From Diadema antillarum (Eukaryota), in the NCBI RefSeq assembly GCF_040938485.1, contig NW_027271462.1, forward strand, positions 186,001 through 250,000: a stretch of 64,000 nt of DNA, given 5' to 3'. Under the pieces are notes generated by a model. It made no database searches, had not been told where the DNA came from, and was given only the letters and a program-made list of their open reading frames with translations. Position 1 is the stretch's first letter, and each line of letters opens with the position of its first letter. Shown here piece after piece: positions 38,370-50,640 of the stretch. Both the position numbers and the translations under genes were made by a program.

Positions 38370-38945
38370 GAATTATATGAATATGGAAACGTAAATATGT
38401 TTTTTTCTTTTCTTTTTTCTTTTTTTTTTGGGGGGGGGGAGGAGGGGGGAGGTGGCAGGGGCCGGTGCTTCTTACCCCCTCCTTTTTTAAATTTATGCTA
38501 TAAGGGGGGTTTCTTTCACAGGTTTTGTGACCTCAACAAGAAACGCTATAAATGATATATAAAACAAAAAACAAGAGAAAAGTATACAAAAGAGGATTCT
38601 TCAGAATGTAAAAATTGTAACTAAAACAGATATCGAAGAATAATTTTATCTACTCCTTACAAGGATACTTAAAGCCACACACTTAAAAGCCATATTATGT
38701 CGTTTAACATACACAAAACCAACACATTTAATGGCCTAAATTTGTATATACAAATACATGAAATCACATCGAACAGAGATATTCATTTACTTCAGAACTA
38801 TCATTGATTCACGTCACTACCAACATTCTATTCTCAATTCTAAAAATCAATTGCTTGTTTAAGCGAACAAAAATTATGAAAACTTCTATTCAACCGGTTC
38901 AAGGGCACCAAAATACTGCAAACCACGTCCTTCCTGGTGGTCTTC

Positions 38946-39257
38946 TTATCGTTTCGATGAAGGAGAGTCCAAACGACAAAGAAGAATATCTAGGAGCGTT
39001 TGGCGGAAGAGGGGCTGAGTGATGACGTAACAGAAGGGATTGAGGATGCTGTTGGTGTACCGCAACCAGACGAAGGTCTGCAACAGCGGACCGGGGAGGT
39101 TGGGCGGTAGGATGAGGGTTGGACGAACCGAATAGCAGACAACCACGATACTTTGGGGCAGCCAGGCGATCACCATGGAAACGAAAATGAGAGTCAAGGT
39201 TCGAGTGGCCCTGGTCGCCTCGGACGTAGACTCTCGGTTCTTCACGCTATGTTTTTC
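38946..39257 (-). CDS. Same GPCR, exon 2, TM6-TM7 and C-tail (total 421 aa)
   Basis: Acceptor tag|GAA phase 0; RATRTLTLIF..AWLP (TM6), WLRYTNSILNPFCY (NPxxY), F..TL..IL.C helix 8. Confidence 0.92.
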   Translation of the reverse strand, partial: EKHSVKNRESTSEATRATRTLTLIFVSMVIAWLPQSIVVVCYSVRPTLILPPNLPGPLLQTFVWLRYTNSILNPFCYVITQPLFRQTLLDILLCRLDSPSSKR

Positions 39258-41158
39258 CTATAACAGGAGAAAGTGAGAAAACTTGTTTTTTTCTTTTTCA
39301 TTTTGACTTAATGTTGCTCGTCATCTAAATTCAGTTACTGTCTTTTTCCCCTCAACGAAGGAAAAGCACACTAATTGTATATAGAAACTAAGTTGCTTTA
39401 CCATGTGATTTTCCGGTTTGGTCATATCTCTTGTTTTTTTCGCGAGTCAAAATAGTTTGGTTTTTTTTTTCACACGTTCTCATTTTCTTGTATTCTTTGT
39501 TTGTCGACTGTTGCTGTTGTTGTTTTTGGTTTGGATTATAAAGCAGTTATTTTCTTTGTCAATAGTAGAATTTCACAATTTTTTCGTCATCTTTGTATCA
39601 TAACTCTAGTCACGAAGAAATATTTTGAAAGAAGCTGTGCGACGAAATCGCGATCAAATAATCTCTGTGCGGCATTCATTATTTCAATCAGTGACATTAC
39701 AAAACCTACACTGTTTTATAAATGAACACTATTAATAAAGTGACATTTCGTTATGCGCAAATTGTTGTAAGAGATATCCTAAAACCATTAGGCCTATGTG
39801 CTGTAAGATCACCTTTATTTTCGAAATGTCAAAGCAGTCTGACTTGTTGAAACATGGATAATCGCGTTACCATGGCAACGTTTTGTCTGCTCAAGGCCGA
39901 GTCATCAAAGATGCCTTGCGATATCCATCACCCTGGAGAAATACTTTCAATTACTCCTTGATCAGTGTTGATGGAGTGTAATGAGGTGATGTATATTCTT
40001 CTTAAAGCCCTTTCTCTGCATTCTCTCGTAAACAAGGTTGATACTATACTCCTGATAGCAAAGATAGCAGTGTCTGGGATGAAACATTGCTGCAAGAAAG
40101 GGAGGGAGCGATTTCTACGTTGTGAGTGTGCATGTAATGTCATCAGAGCAACTATAAGGACGTTCAAGTTCAAGTTCAATTTCGAATTTATTCGTTTTTC
40201 CACAAAAAAAAGTGATATAAACATAAATCTCACTTTCTTGAGTGAGAGGAACAATGCATGTAAATTTGTACGAAGAAAACAACAATAATGGGAAAAACTA
40301 ACAGTATCAATACATTGCAATAGTTGCCGAGGTAACGAAAGTGAAAGAATTGTCAATATGCACTGTGTGAAAAAAAACCGGAGGGGACGTCGTGAATGTA
40401 CCCATAGATATGTAAATGATGCTGAGGTTGTGCATAGACAGTAAAAGACAGCTATTTATGCATATAAATGTATTGTAAAAAATAACGTCCCAAATAGATT
40501 TTACGGAGCCGAAAATAAAATCAAGATCGAAGAAGAAAGGGAAAAATGGAAAGAATCTGTTATCTCTTTGTGCTATTCCATCTCATATTGTACAAGCTTT
40601 GCAGATCAGATCTGATCTCTTGTTGGTGGGTGGTTTTATGGTAGAACATGCATTCTTTGATATGAGTGCGATACTTAAAAAGACCTACTTTTTTCCGAAG
40701 TTTTGACGAGTGTGCTCTTACGGCGTCCTTCGGGAAATGAGTGGTTAGTTGGAGTTAGACTTTTACTGTACTCAGCCCAACTTTTCCACTAACCACTGAT
40801 TCATTCTGAATCTATTGTGATGTGTTTCTCTGTTATAATATATTATGCACGGACTTGCAGAATAACAGCCAGTGGCTGAGCAAAGTCCTTTTATCACCGT
40901 GTTGAAGTAAACTGAAATGAAAAGGAAAGGAAATTAAAAACATGCTTACAAATCGTCGATATTGAGTAAGTCCTTCCGTTTCAGGATCACACTTACAATT
41001 AAGAAAGAATGCATGGTGTAGAGTGAAACCAACCATCACTAAATGTTCTGCAAACGAAAATCTTTAATGGTTCTCTTTCAGCTTATCATTTATTCGCTGA
41101 CTCTATTCGTTGTCAAAGTAAGTACAATTTTTTATTTCTTTAAAGAAATAAGAGGACA

Positions 41159-41475
41159 GGGGTAGCTGTGGCATAGTGTTTGAGACTTCTGACTCCCAAT
41201 CGCGAGACCCGAGTTCGAATCCCGCCCAGTGCTTACGTCCCTGGACAAGATGTTTTTACCCACCATGTCCTTCTCGACCCAGGTGTATAAGTGGGTACAT
41301 GGCAACGCTAGGGTAATAATAATGGCAGAGCCCTCTTGTAGAACAGCGGTAACACTGAAGAGGCTACCCTAGATGAATAAGATATTATTGTTATTATCAT
41401 CATTATTATTATTATCATTATAATTATCATTATCATTATTATTATTATCATTATTATTATTAGTAGTAGTAGTGG
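41159..41475 (+). mobile_element. tRNA-derived SINE
   Basis: Pol III A box TGGCATAGTGT (41169-79), B box GAGTTCGAATCC (41211-22), central GTCCCTGGACAAGATG...CTCGACCCAGGTGTATAAGTGGGTAC domain, (ATT/ATC)n tail. Confidence 0.8.
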
Positions 41476-42628
41476 TATTAAAGTCGGCAAATTGTTGTTG
41501 GCATTCGACGACAGATTGTCAACCAGTTTTGTCGGCTGGAGGTATTAAGTGTTACATTGAAAACCATCAAACCATTTACGGACCAATTTGGAAGGCAAAG
41601 GATATAATCGGTCTTTTATTGGTCGTTTGAATGAAGGTCGCCGACCTCTTCAGGAATTGTTTTCAGTGATTGCCGGCCCTTAAAGTTGCCGACCAATTAA
41701 CGATTGCTAGCTAACCATTTGCCAGGTGGTCGCCAACCAGAAAACAAGAACAACAACCACTTCCAACTTGTTGTAGATCCTGGAATCGCTTGAAGAGTGC
41801 CCGCGTCTACATGCCAGGGTACTCTGAATTGGTGCTCATACATTGGTCCACCCCTTCCTCCCCAAAAAGAACGACAAAGACCATAGCCGCAAATCCCGAA
41901 CTCCAAATTTCGAAATATGTTTTTAACACCGATTTTGACATTATTACAGAGAATAGATGAACACGAAGTCCATCATAGGGATTCGATTATATTAACATGT
42001 ACTTGTATGTGGTACGATGGAGTGGGCTCTAGTATTGTCAAATGTTCAAGTTCAAGTTCATTTTATTGCCTCAGATGGAACCAAAGATAAATTCAAAAAG
42101 GCGAACCAGGCGATCCATGAATAATGCTTTCTGTAATACTATGGGCCACTGACTATCATTAATCCATGAAGAGCTAGTATCTTAGATTCTTTCTCTTCTT
42201 ACTTCCTGTCCAACCATCAACCCTCTGTGTGCCACATTCATTTTATTTCCGTAAGCAGATAAGTAAATAAAATTCGTGCATATTTGATTCAATGGCACAG
42301 AAAGGATTAAAGCCATGATCGGGAGTTCCCCGAGTAGGATTGATAGAACGGTCCTACATCTGTTTAGTCTTAAACCTTTCTGTGCCACAGACTTTGAACA
42401 GTGCGTACAACGCTGTGGGGGTTTCTGTGTCACTTGGTATCCTAACAACACAAAAGGTATACACTTTGGATTGTTGCCGAAAGCAGTACGGCCTGCGAAC
42501 CTCAACAACAAATCGACAACAAATTGCTAGTGTTTTTCATAAAGCGCTGAACAGTAACCGGCAATTTGGCAACAATTCTGCGAGCAAGTGCCAATTGATG
42601 ATCCCTTTTTTTACGTATATCCCTTACG

Positions 42629-45318
42629 AAAAAGTCCTGTGGTACTCCTGTGGTAATTACCACAGGACGGTACCACAGGACAGTACCACAGGACAGTACC
42701 ACAGGAAAGTACCACAGGACAGTACCACAGGACAGTACCACAGGAAAGTACCATATGCAGGACAGTACCACAGGACAGTACCACAGGAATTGTCCTGTGG
42801 TATTTTGGGACATACCACAGGACAGTACCACAGGAATTCCTGTGGTATTTCGGGACGTACCACAGGGCAGTGCCACAGGAAAGTACCACAGGAATTCCTG
42901 TGGTATTTTGGGACGTACCACAGGGCAGTACCACAGGACTAGTACCACAGAACAGTACCACAGGAACTGTCCTGTGGTATTTTGGGACAGTACCACAGGA
43001 CAGTACCACAGGTCGATCATTACCACACAGCATTACCACAGGGCAGTACCACACAGCATTTCCATGGTACCACAGGAGAGTACCACACAGGATAGATCGA
43101 AAAAAAAAATCTGGGAGAATTTTAGCCACATATCAAGGAATATTCCTGATAGGTGAGTGATGGATTTCAGGACAAACATGGCCCTACTTAATAACCTGTC
43201 CTACTCCTAACATGTAACCTCAAACGAGAGTCTAATGGCTAAGTGCCAATCTAGTCCTATAATAGATCTATATAGTCATATTCTATTCCTAGGTAGCCAT
43301 CGACCGTATCAGTACATATATATATGGCCGTCTATCCGTAAAGCATTAAGGCATGGTTACTAAATCGATTATACTTTATTATCAAGATATGAAATTACAT
43401 TTTCTTAACAATATCTATGATATTGGGAATAACATAGCATAATTAGACAATCTTTCATAAAGTTCAAAGTAAGTTCCATCATTAATACTTTGACTTTTTA
43501 AGTCATATATGTATTTTCTAAAATCTAGAGTGCTTTTTATGAATATTCATGAGCTATGTAAAAATTTGTACCACAGGAGTACCACAGAAGTCCTTATGAA
43601 ATTTCTCATGCTTTACATCAGCACTTTTACTAAATAGGTAATACTGTATAGGAGTATAGGACAGGATAAGTAATGGGAAATCAATTGTTATAATTCATAG
43701 CATAACTCATCTATCAATTAATTGAGGAATATTAATATGTGCTTTTTTTTGTTTGTATTTTTGTTATAAATATCAGTTGATTCTGCCTTACAATTTTCCT
43801 GTGTGGTACTCCTGTGTGGTACTGCTGTTTGATATTCTCCTGATGTGATAGTCCTCTGGTATAAAATGTTAAGAAAAAAAAAAAGAATATCCTGTAGCAT
43901 TTTTCTGTGGTACTTACGAATTTAATTTGCTGTGTGGTACTTCTGTGTGGAATAGCACCATATTATGATTTTCCTGTGGGATTTTGGACAGTTCCTGTGG
44001 TACTCCCCTGTGGTATACATCGAAAATTACCACAGGAATTCCTGTCATACTGTCCTGTGGTACGTCCCAAAATTCCACAGGACAATTCGTGTGGTACTGT
44101 CTTGTGGTACGTCCCAAAATACCACAGGACAAGTCATGTGGTACTGTCCTGTTGTACTGTCCTGTGGTATGTCCCAAAATACCACAGGACAAGTCGTGTG
44201 GTACTGTCCTGTGGTACCATCCTGTAGTACTGTCCTGTGGTACTGCCCTGTGGTACGTCCCAAAATCCCACAGGACAAGTCGTGTGGTACTGTCCTGTGG
44301 TACTATCCTGTGGTACTGTCCTGTGGTACTGTCCTGTGGTACGTCCCAAAATACCACAGGACAAGTCGTGTGGTACTGTCCTGTGGTACTTTCCTGTGGT
44401 ACTGCCCTGTGGTACTGTCCTGTGGTACGTCCCAAAATACCACAGGACAAGTCGTGTGGTACTGTCCTGTGGTACTATCCTGTGGTACTTTCCTGTGGTA
44501 CTGTCCTGTGGTACTGCCCTGTGGTACGTCCCAAAATACCGCAGGACAAGTCGTGTGGTACTGTCCTGTGGTACTTTCCTGTGGTACTGTCCTGTGGTAC
44601 TGCTCTGTGGTACTGTCCTGTGGTACTGCCCTGTGGTACTGTCCTGTGGTTCGTCCCAAAATACCACAGGACAAGTCGTGTGGTACTGTCCTGTGGTACG
44701 TCCCAAAATACCACAGGACAATTCCTGTGGTACTGTCCTGTGGTACTATCCTGTGGTACTTTCCTTTGGTACTGTCCTGTGGAACTACCCTGTGGTACTG
44801 TCCTGTGGTACGTCCTAAAATACCACAGAACAAGTCGTGTGGTACTGTCCTGTGGTACTATCCTGTGGTACTTTCCTGTTGTACTCTCCTGTGGTACGTC
44901 CCAAAATACCACAGGACAATTCATGTGGTACTGTCCTGTGGTACTGTCGTGTGGTATACGTCCCAAAATACCACTGGACAATTTGTGTGTATACTGTCTT
45001 GTGGTACTGTCCTGTGGTACTTTCCTGTGGTAATGTCCTGTGGTACTGCCCTGTGGTACATCCCAGAGTACCACACGAGCCTGTGACACAGTACCACACA
45101 GTTCCTGTGTTAAAATATATTTCTGTGGTACATTGTGTGTTGGTACCAACCAGTACCACAGGGAGTACCACATGAGCCTGTAAAACAGTACCACACAGTT
45201 CCTGTGGTAACATTTATTTATGTGGTACAGTACCACACAGCTCCTGTGGTAACATTACAAGTGTGTGGTACATTGTGTGGTACCGACAAGTACCACAGGG
45301 AGTACCACAGGACTTTTT
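42629..45318. mobile_element. Foldback-like element: long inverted arms of 13-bp (TACCACAGGACAG) tandem units around an AT-rich spacer
   Basis: Termini AAAAAGTCCTGTGGTACTCC / GGAGTACCACAGGACTTTTT; units mostly in one orientation at 42657-43090 and the opposite at about 43790-45060; spacer about 43090-43790. Confidence 0.8.
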
Positions 45319-45509
45319 TGTTAGGATGTTGATCGCAAGGCGTTCTGTAGTTTGCAAAACGTTGGCAACTATCGGTAATCATTCGGCAACTAATCGCCCA
45401 TCAAAACATGTCAGAATTGTTTATTTTGTTTGTCAAAAGTTGGCACTGCTTTTTGATTTGCTTATGTGGTCGGCGACTAGCCTTCGTACAAGTGTAAACG
45501 ATGCCTTAC

Positions 45510-46463
45510 CTTGGGTGTGTCCAATACGACTTCCTTTGGTGTTTCTGTAGTCTCTACGTTGCTACCAGACTCTTGGGTCTTGAAAGTGACCATCTCACTT
45601 ATTTTTCTCTGCGCATTTTCACCGTTGACATCGTTGTCGTCGTCGTCAAAGCCTGCGTCGTCGATAGCAAATGATCTAGCGGACTCGGGCTTGACGGTCG
45701 CCGCCCCGTCCTCTGCGGTGAAGCGTTGTCCGTCCGTCGACACGTCCTTCGAGAACATCTTCCTGACGAACCTGCCCCCGATCACCTGGCGTATCTTGAT
45801 GTAGATGCGAAGATAGAGAACGGCTACGACGACGAGCGGGAGGAAAAAGGAAAGGCAGATCGACACGATGGCGGGCACGGTTTGGCGGGCATAGCCAGCT
45901 ATGCACTGACTCGTGTTGTCCACGTCGACCGCGAAGTCCCATCCGGTGCAGTAGGAGAGCCAGAACCCCCCGCACAGGAGCCAGGTTAGGCCGTTGGCCA
46001 TCAGCGCTTTGCTCCTGCTACGCGACGTGTAGTGCTCGATGGGATGGTACGTCGCTTGATGGCGATCGATGCAGATGACGACCACGGTGATGACGGACAC
46101 TGTGAAAGCCACCTCGCGGACACCAAGGTAGACTCGACAGGCAGTCGTGGAGAAGGGGAATTCCCTCTGGTAGGTATGGATGATCGTGACGACGAGAAGA
46201 ATTCCCACGAGGACATCGGACACGACCATGTTTATTATGTAATAATTGTTGTAGGTGCGAAGTCGTTCTCGAGCCGCAAACGCAGCCAGGCACAGCGAGT
46301 TGACGAAAATGATGACCAAGCAGTAGATAGACGCGAGAATCATACCTTCCATATTTGTATTTTCTCGTAAATCGTCTCTCACGGGCTCTCGTACGGTGAC
46401 GAATTCCTCGACGATTTCAGTGACAAGAAGTGTTGTCAGATTAGTTTCGCTGATCGTCGCCAT
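45510..46463 (-). CDS. Class A (rhodopsin-like) GPCR, aminergic-like (muscarinic/histamine-type) orphan; exon 1, TM1-TM5 plus ICL3
   Basis: 318 codons: TM1 N (FVNSL), NNYYIINM..SD (D2.50), C3.25, DRH at 3.49-3.51, W4.50, FFLP..LY; donor AAG|gtaagg. Confidence 0.93.
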
Positions 46464-46700
46464 GGGAATTAGATCTCAACACGGTCTAGGCAGGTACGCT
46501 TCTCGTTCAGCACCAGGTTATCAGTGGCACGGTTGTACGTCCTCAACTCGTGGACAAGAAACTGATATTGAAAGAACAAATACGCAGTGACCATGTCAAA
46601 AAGCAAATACATTTGAATTATCTTACAAAACAAAGAGAGCTAGCAAGATGAGAGAGTCAGAATTATAGAGACAGAGATAATATGGCAAAGCAGCGGATGA

Positions 46701-46741
<41 letters not shown>

Positions 46742-47379
46742 ACGATAAAAGAGGAAAAGACAACCACACTCACGCAGGAGCAAAAATATGCATTTGATTT
46801 ATTTTTTTTTTCCGCCGACAAAACGAATGTATAAGGGACACAGAGGTTTATCTTATGAAACTAAAATTCTCAGTGAAGATGGCCAAACTCTTGTTGCGTA
46901 CCCTTTTGAAGAAATCCATTAAAAATGTATGATGAGAAATGAGGGCACAGGTTTCTGGAGTCCAACAACGCATTCAATTCCCGTATAGCCCCCGGGCATG
47001 AAAGAATGGTGAATGATTGGTTTCTCTCTAATACCAGCCGTTTTATATTTCGCAACAATCAGTGATCTCGATGCTCCATGCAATAATTATGTACGTTGCG
47101 GTCAATTTCCATCTAATGATCAAATTGTATTGATGCCTTACATGTTGTCATGTAGTAGACAAAAAGTCAACCAATTTGTGTCAACTGCGCGGGCCAGCAT
47201 GATGTATTTTAAAGATACATGTATAAGAATTCAGATTTGCCAAGGCTAAATATGCGGCTTGGGAGAATGGGGTGGGGGGGGGGAGGGAGATGGGGAGTGA
47301 GATTGATAGGATATGAGATGGTATTGGGCGGATGCATAACCATGTTCCACGCCAAGAGGGTTAGGGAAAGTACGTGCTA

Positions 47380-47430
<51 letters not shown>

Positions 47431-47557
47431 ATAAGAAAAGGAAAACTGACCAGAAACAAATGATGAATAGTGAAAACTTTGAGCAAAGAAATGGGTTGGA
47501 AATGGAAACCTTTTTTCTTAGCACAAAGTTTTCACTGTATATAAATAATACATATTG

Positions 47558-47602
<45 letters not shown>

Positions 47603-47668
47603 GAGCTTGCTTCCAAAAGGTGCTAAATCCTTCATTTTTCAATGGATTTATCGCCTTTTGGTTGCAAG

Positions 47669-47721
<53 letters not shown>

Positions 47722-47802
47722 AGAAGATTGAGTCGAATGTTATGATTAAAAGAAGAATGAGTCTCAAATACGCCATCTGTAGATCCAACAAGAAGGTTTT
47801 TA

Positions 47803-47924
47803 TTCACAAAATTTTCAGCCTGCCTCAGGCCTTCGTCAGTGTAGTGGATACTAGGAAAATGTATACTAGGACAGTGTATACAGTACACTGACGGAGGCCT
47901 GAGGCAGGCTGAAAATTTTGTGAA
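47803..47924. repeat. Inverted repeat, 41-bp arms, 40-nt loop
   Basis: TTCACAAAATTTTCAGCCTGCCTCAGGCCTTCGTCAGTGTA (47803-43) vs reverse complement of 47884-924: one mismatch. Confidence 0.95.
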
Positions 47925-48404
47925 GAAATTCCAAGATGAACATATATATACATAATAACATTATATCTTAATATATGATATCAAGGGCAGGCGTTGTTTA
48001 ACATCCACATTGTCGCTTATAATTATTTTGCATACCAGTTATTGAACCGATGATAACGGTATCCAATTTTACTTTGTCTGAAATGTACTCGCATATCCAT
48101 TAATGTAACTATTAGATTTATTTCGTTTAATCATGCGTACATTTCGAAGAAGTATTGTGTAGATTTACTTCATCAATTTAAATATTACGTGATAAAGAAA
48201 GAAAATGACTCTTCCCTTTGAGCATTCATGGTGCTTGTAGTCACTATCATAAACCAGTATTATTCTTTAATACCGTCAAGAGAATGTTCTGTTGGTTTAC
48301 AGACCATAGGGATAATCTTTCCGAAGTGGTTCGATGAGAAATAACTATCTGTAAGAAGGAGACATTGTGCGCCAACCCAACAACCATCCTACATCAGTCT
48401 GCAC

Positions 48405-49508
48405 ATTAAAACCCTTCCTCCACCTCCTGCACCCCTACTCCCTCCCTCCACCTTTATACAAACGCCCAAATTCCATCTGCACCCCTAAAACACCCGCACC
48501 CGTCTTCCATTTGCGCCCCTACACCCCTCCTCGTATTCTGCACTCCCTACACCCCTTCTCCATATGCATCCTCTGTACAACTCTCCTCCATATACACCCC
48601 ATATACACCCCTCCTCCATCTGCACCCCTTCACCCCTCCTCCATCTGCACCCCTACACCCCTCCTCCAACTGCACCCCTACACCCCTCCTCAATTTGCAC
48701 CCTGCACCCCTCCTCCATCTGTACCCATCCACCCCTCCTCCATCTGCACCCCTACACCCCTCCTCCATTTGCACCCCTACACCCCTCCTCCATCTGCATC
48801 CCTTCACCCCTCCTCAATTTGCACCCTACACCCCTCCTCCATCTGTACCCCTGCACCCCTCCTCCATTTGCACCCCTACACCCCTCCTCAATTTGCACCC
48901 TGCACCCCTCCTCCATCTGCACCCATCCACCCCTCCTCCATCTGCACCACCCTACACCCATCCACCATAATTATGCACCCCTACGCCCCTCCTCCATCTG
49001 CACCCCTACACCCTCCTCCTTTTACACCCGTACACCCCTCCTCCGTCTGTACCCTACACCCCTTCTCCATATGCACCCTCTGTACAACTCTCCTCCATAT
49101 GTACCCCATATACACCCCTCCTCCATCTGCACCCCTTCACCCCTCCTCCATCTGCACCCCTACACCCCTCCTCCAACTGCACCCCTACACCCCTCCTCAA
49201 TTTGCACCCTGCACCCCTCCTCCATCTGCACCTATCCACCCCTCCTCCATCTGCACCCCTACACCCCTCCTCAATTTGCACCCCTACTCCCCTCCTCCAT
49301 CTGCACCCCTACACCCCTCCTCCATTTACACTCCTACACCCCTCCTTCATCTGCATCCTTACACCCTTCATAAATTTGCACCTTGCACCCCTCCTCCACC
49401 AGTCCTGCACCCTACACCCCTCGTCCATTTGCACCCCTACACCTTTCCTCCATATCTGTACCCCTATTCTCCTCCAATTGCACCCTATGCCCTTCCTCCA
49501 CCTTACAC
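48405..49508. repeat. C-rich minisatellite, about 25-bp unit (CCCCTCCTCCATCTGCACCCCTACA)
   Basis: About 1.1 kb of degenerate tandem copies; explains the Pro/His-rich ORFs. Confidence 0.9.
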
Positions 49509-50575
49509 TTAATGTACGTCAAAGCCGGATGAAAGAGAAGGATGTTGTTTGGCTTGTCTCAGACATGGGCGAAAGTCATATTTCCCAAGCCATGGGCATG
49601 CTGTCTGGGAGTAATCTCTCTGAGTGGAAGTGCTTGAAGTCAAAGTGGCCACGAATGACTTGGAATCCTTTGTAAAGCACAAAAGTCTCCCATGAGCTTT
49701 GCCGCTTTATGGGGTCGGGCGGTCCATTTTTTCAAGTATAAATTTCATGGGATCAGTTTCAAAATATCCATCGTTCTCTTTCAGATCATTCTCCCTCCCT
49801 TACTCCCTCTCCCTCCCTCTCTTCTCCGTCTGTACCTTTCTTCTTTCTCTCTTTTCCCGCTCTTTCTCTCAGCATTACTCTTTCCTCTTTTCTGTAGCCG
49901 TCTTATTTTTCGTTTTTATTCATCCGGCTCACTTCAATTCTGTCACCACCAAGCGCATGAAATTCAAACACAAAGTCTTCCGTCAGAAATACGAGAAAAG
50001 AAAATCGATGTCTGATCATGTGTCGTTTTTTCTTTGTGTGCACTGTTTTCTCTCGATGCCCCTACACACCTGTATGCACACACAGACACACACAGACACA
50101 CACGCACGCACACACACAGACACAGACACACTTATTAATTATTTACACTTAGCGATTATAATAAACATATGGTCACATAATTTATGCTAATAGTGTTCGT
50201 TTGTTATTTCGTTTATTCATTCCAATAAAAGATCAGTGGTTACAAAGAACACGAACAAAAATCATTCAAAATGAAATCAACGACATAACGCAAACAAACA
50301 AAATTAGAGTTTACACTATTTGTCATATCAAACATTTCATGTAAATGAAAATGAGAACTAGAGAAAATCCTTGAGGCCTTGTATGAAATACGTTCTCTCA
50401 ACAAATAGCATTTGTTGTTACTGAATTTCAAAGATGTCCCTTGTTATTTAATTTCTATAGAATGACAAGGCCTTCATTGTCTCTCTTTTTTCAATATAAC
50501 AAAGCGTAGAGTACCAACGTGTAATGTCACAGCTATTCATCGCCATAGAAACTGGTTTTCAATTAACAACCTCAC

Positions 50576-50640
50576 CTGGCCTGAGTGGTTACGCTCGCAC
50601 CTGGTTTCAACCCAAGCTATAACAAAAGACTGCGACATCA
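50576..50640 (-). other. Possible 5' UTR exon of the GPCR
   Basis: Donor CCAG|gtgagg at 50576/50575; matching pyrimidine-rich acceptor (ttgttctttcaatatcag) at 46562 upstream of the ATG. Signal-only evidence. Confidence 0.25.

Noticed and set aside
40038-40121. Plus-strand exon-like segment (aag|...|gtgagt) antisense to the GPCR intron
   Set aside because: Most protein-like frame is preceded by a stop and there is no partner exon; splice signals alone are insufficient.
41159-41235. tRNA gene
   Set aside because: A/B boxes present but no clean acceptor stem/cloverleaf or poly-T terminator; continues into a SINE body and tail.
43960-45060. CRISPR-like repeat array
   Set aside because: No unique spacers, no cas genes, eukaryotic intron; it is a tandem array of one unit.
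42502-45236. Long Cys/Val/Trp- or Thr/Gln-rich ORFs (up to 373 aa) on both strands
   Set aside because: They are translations of the stop-poor 13-bp repeat; open in several frames and both strands.
48367-49675. Pro/His-rich ORFs (extensin/mucin-like)
   Set aside because: Derived from the 25-bp minisatellite; all three frames open.
49512-49720. GC-richer stretch with short open frames on both strands
   Set aside because: No recognisable motif, start or splice context.
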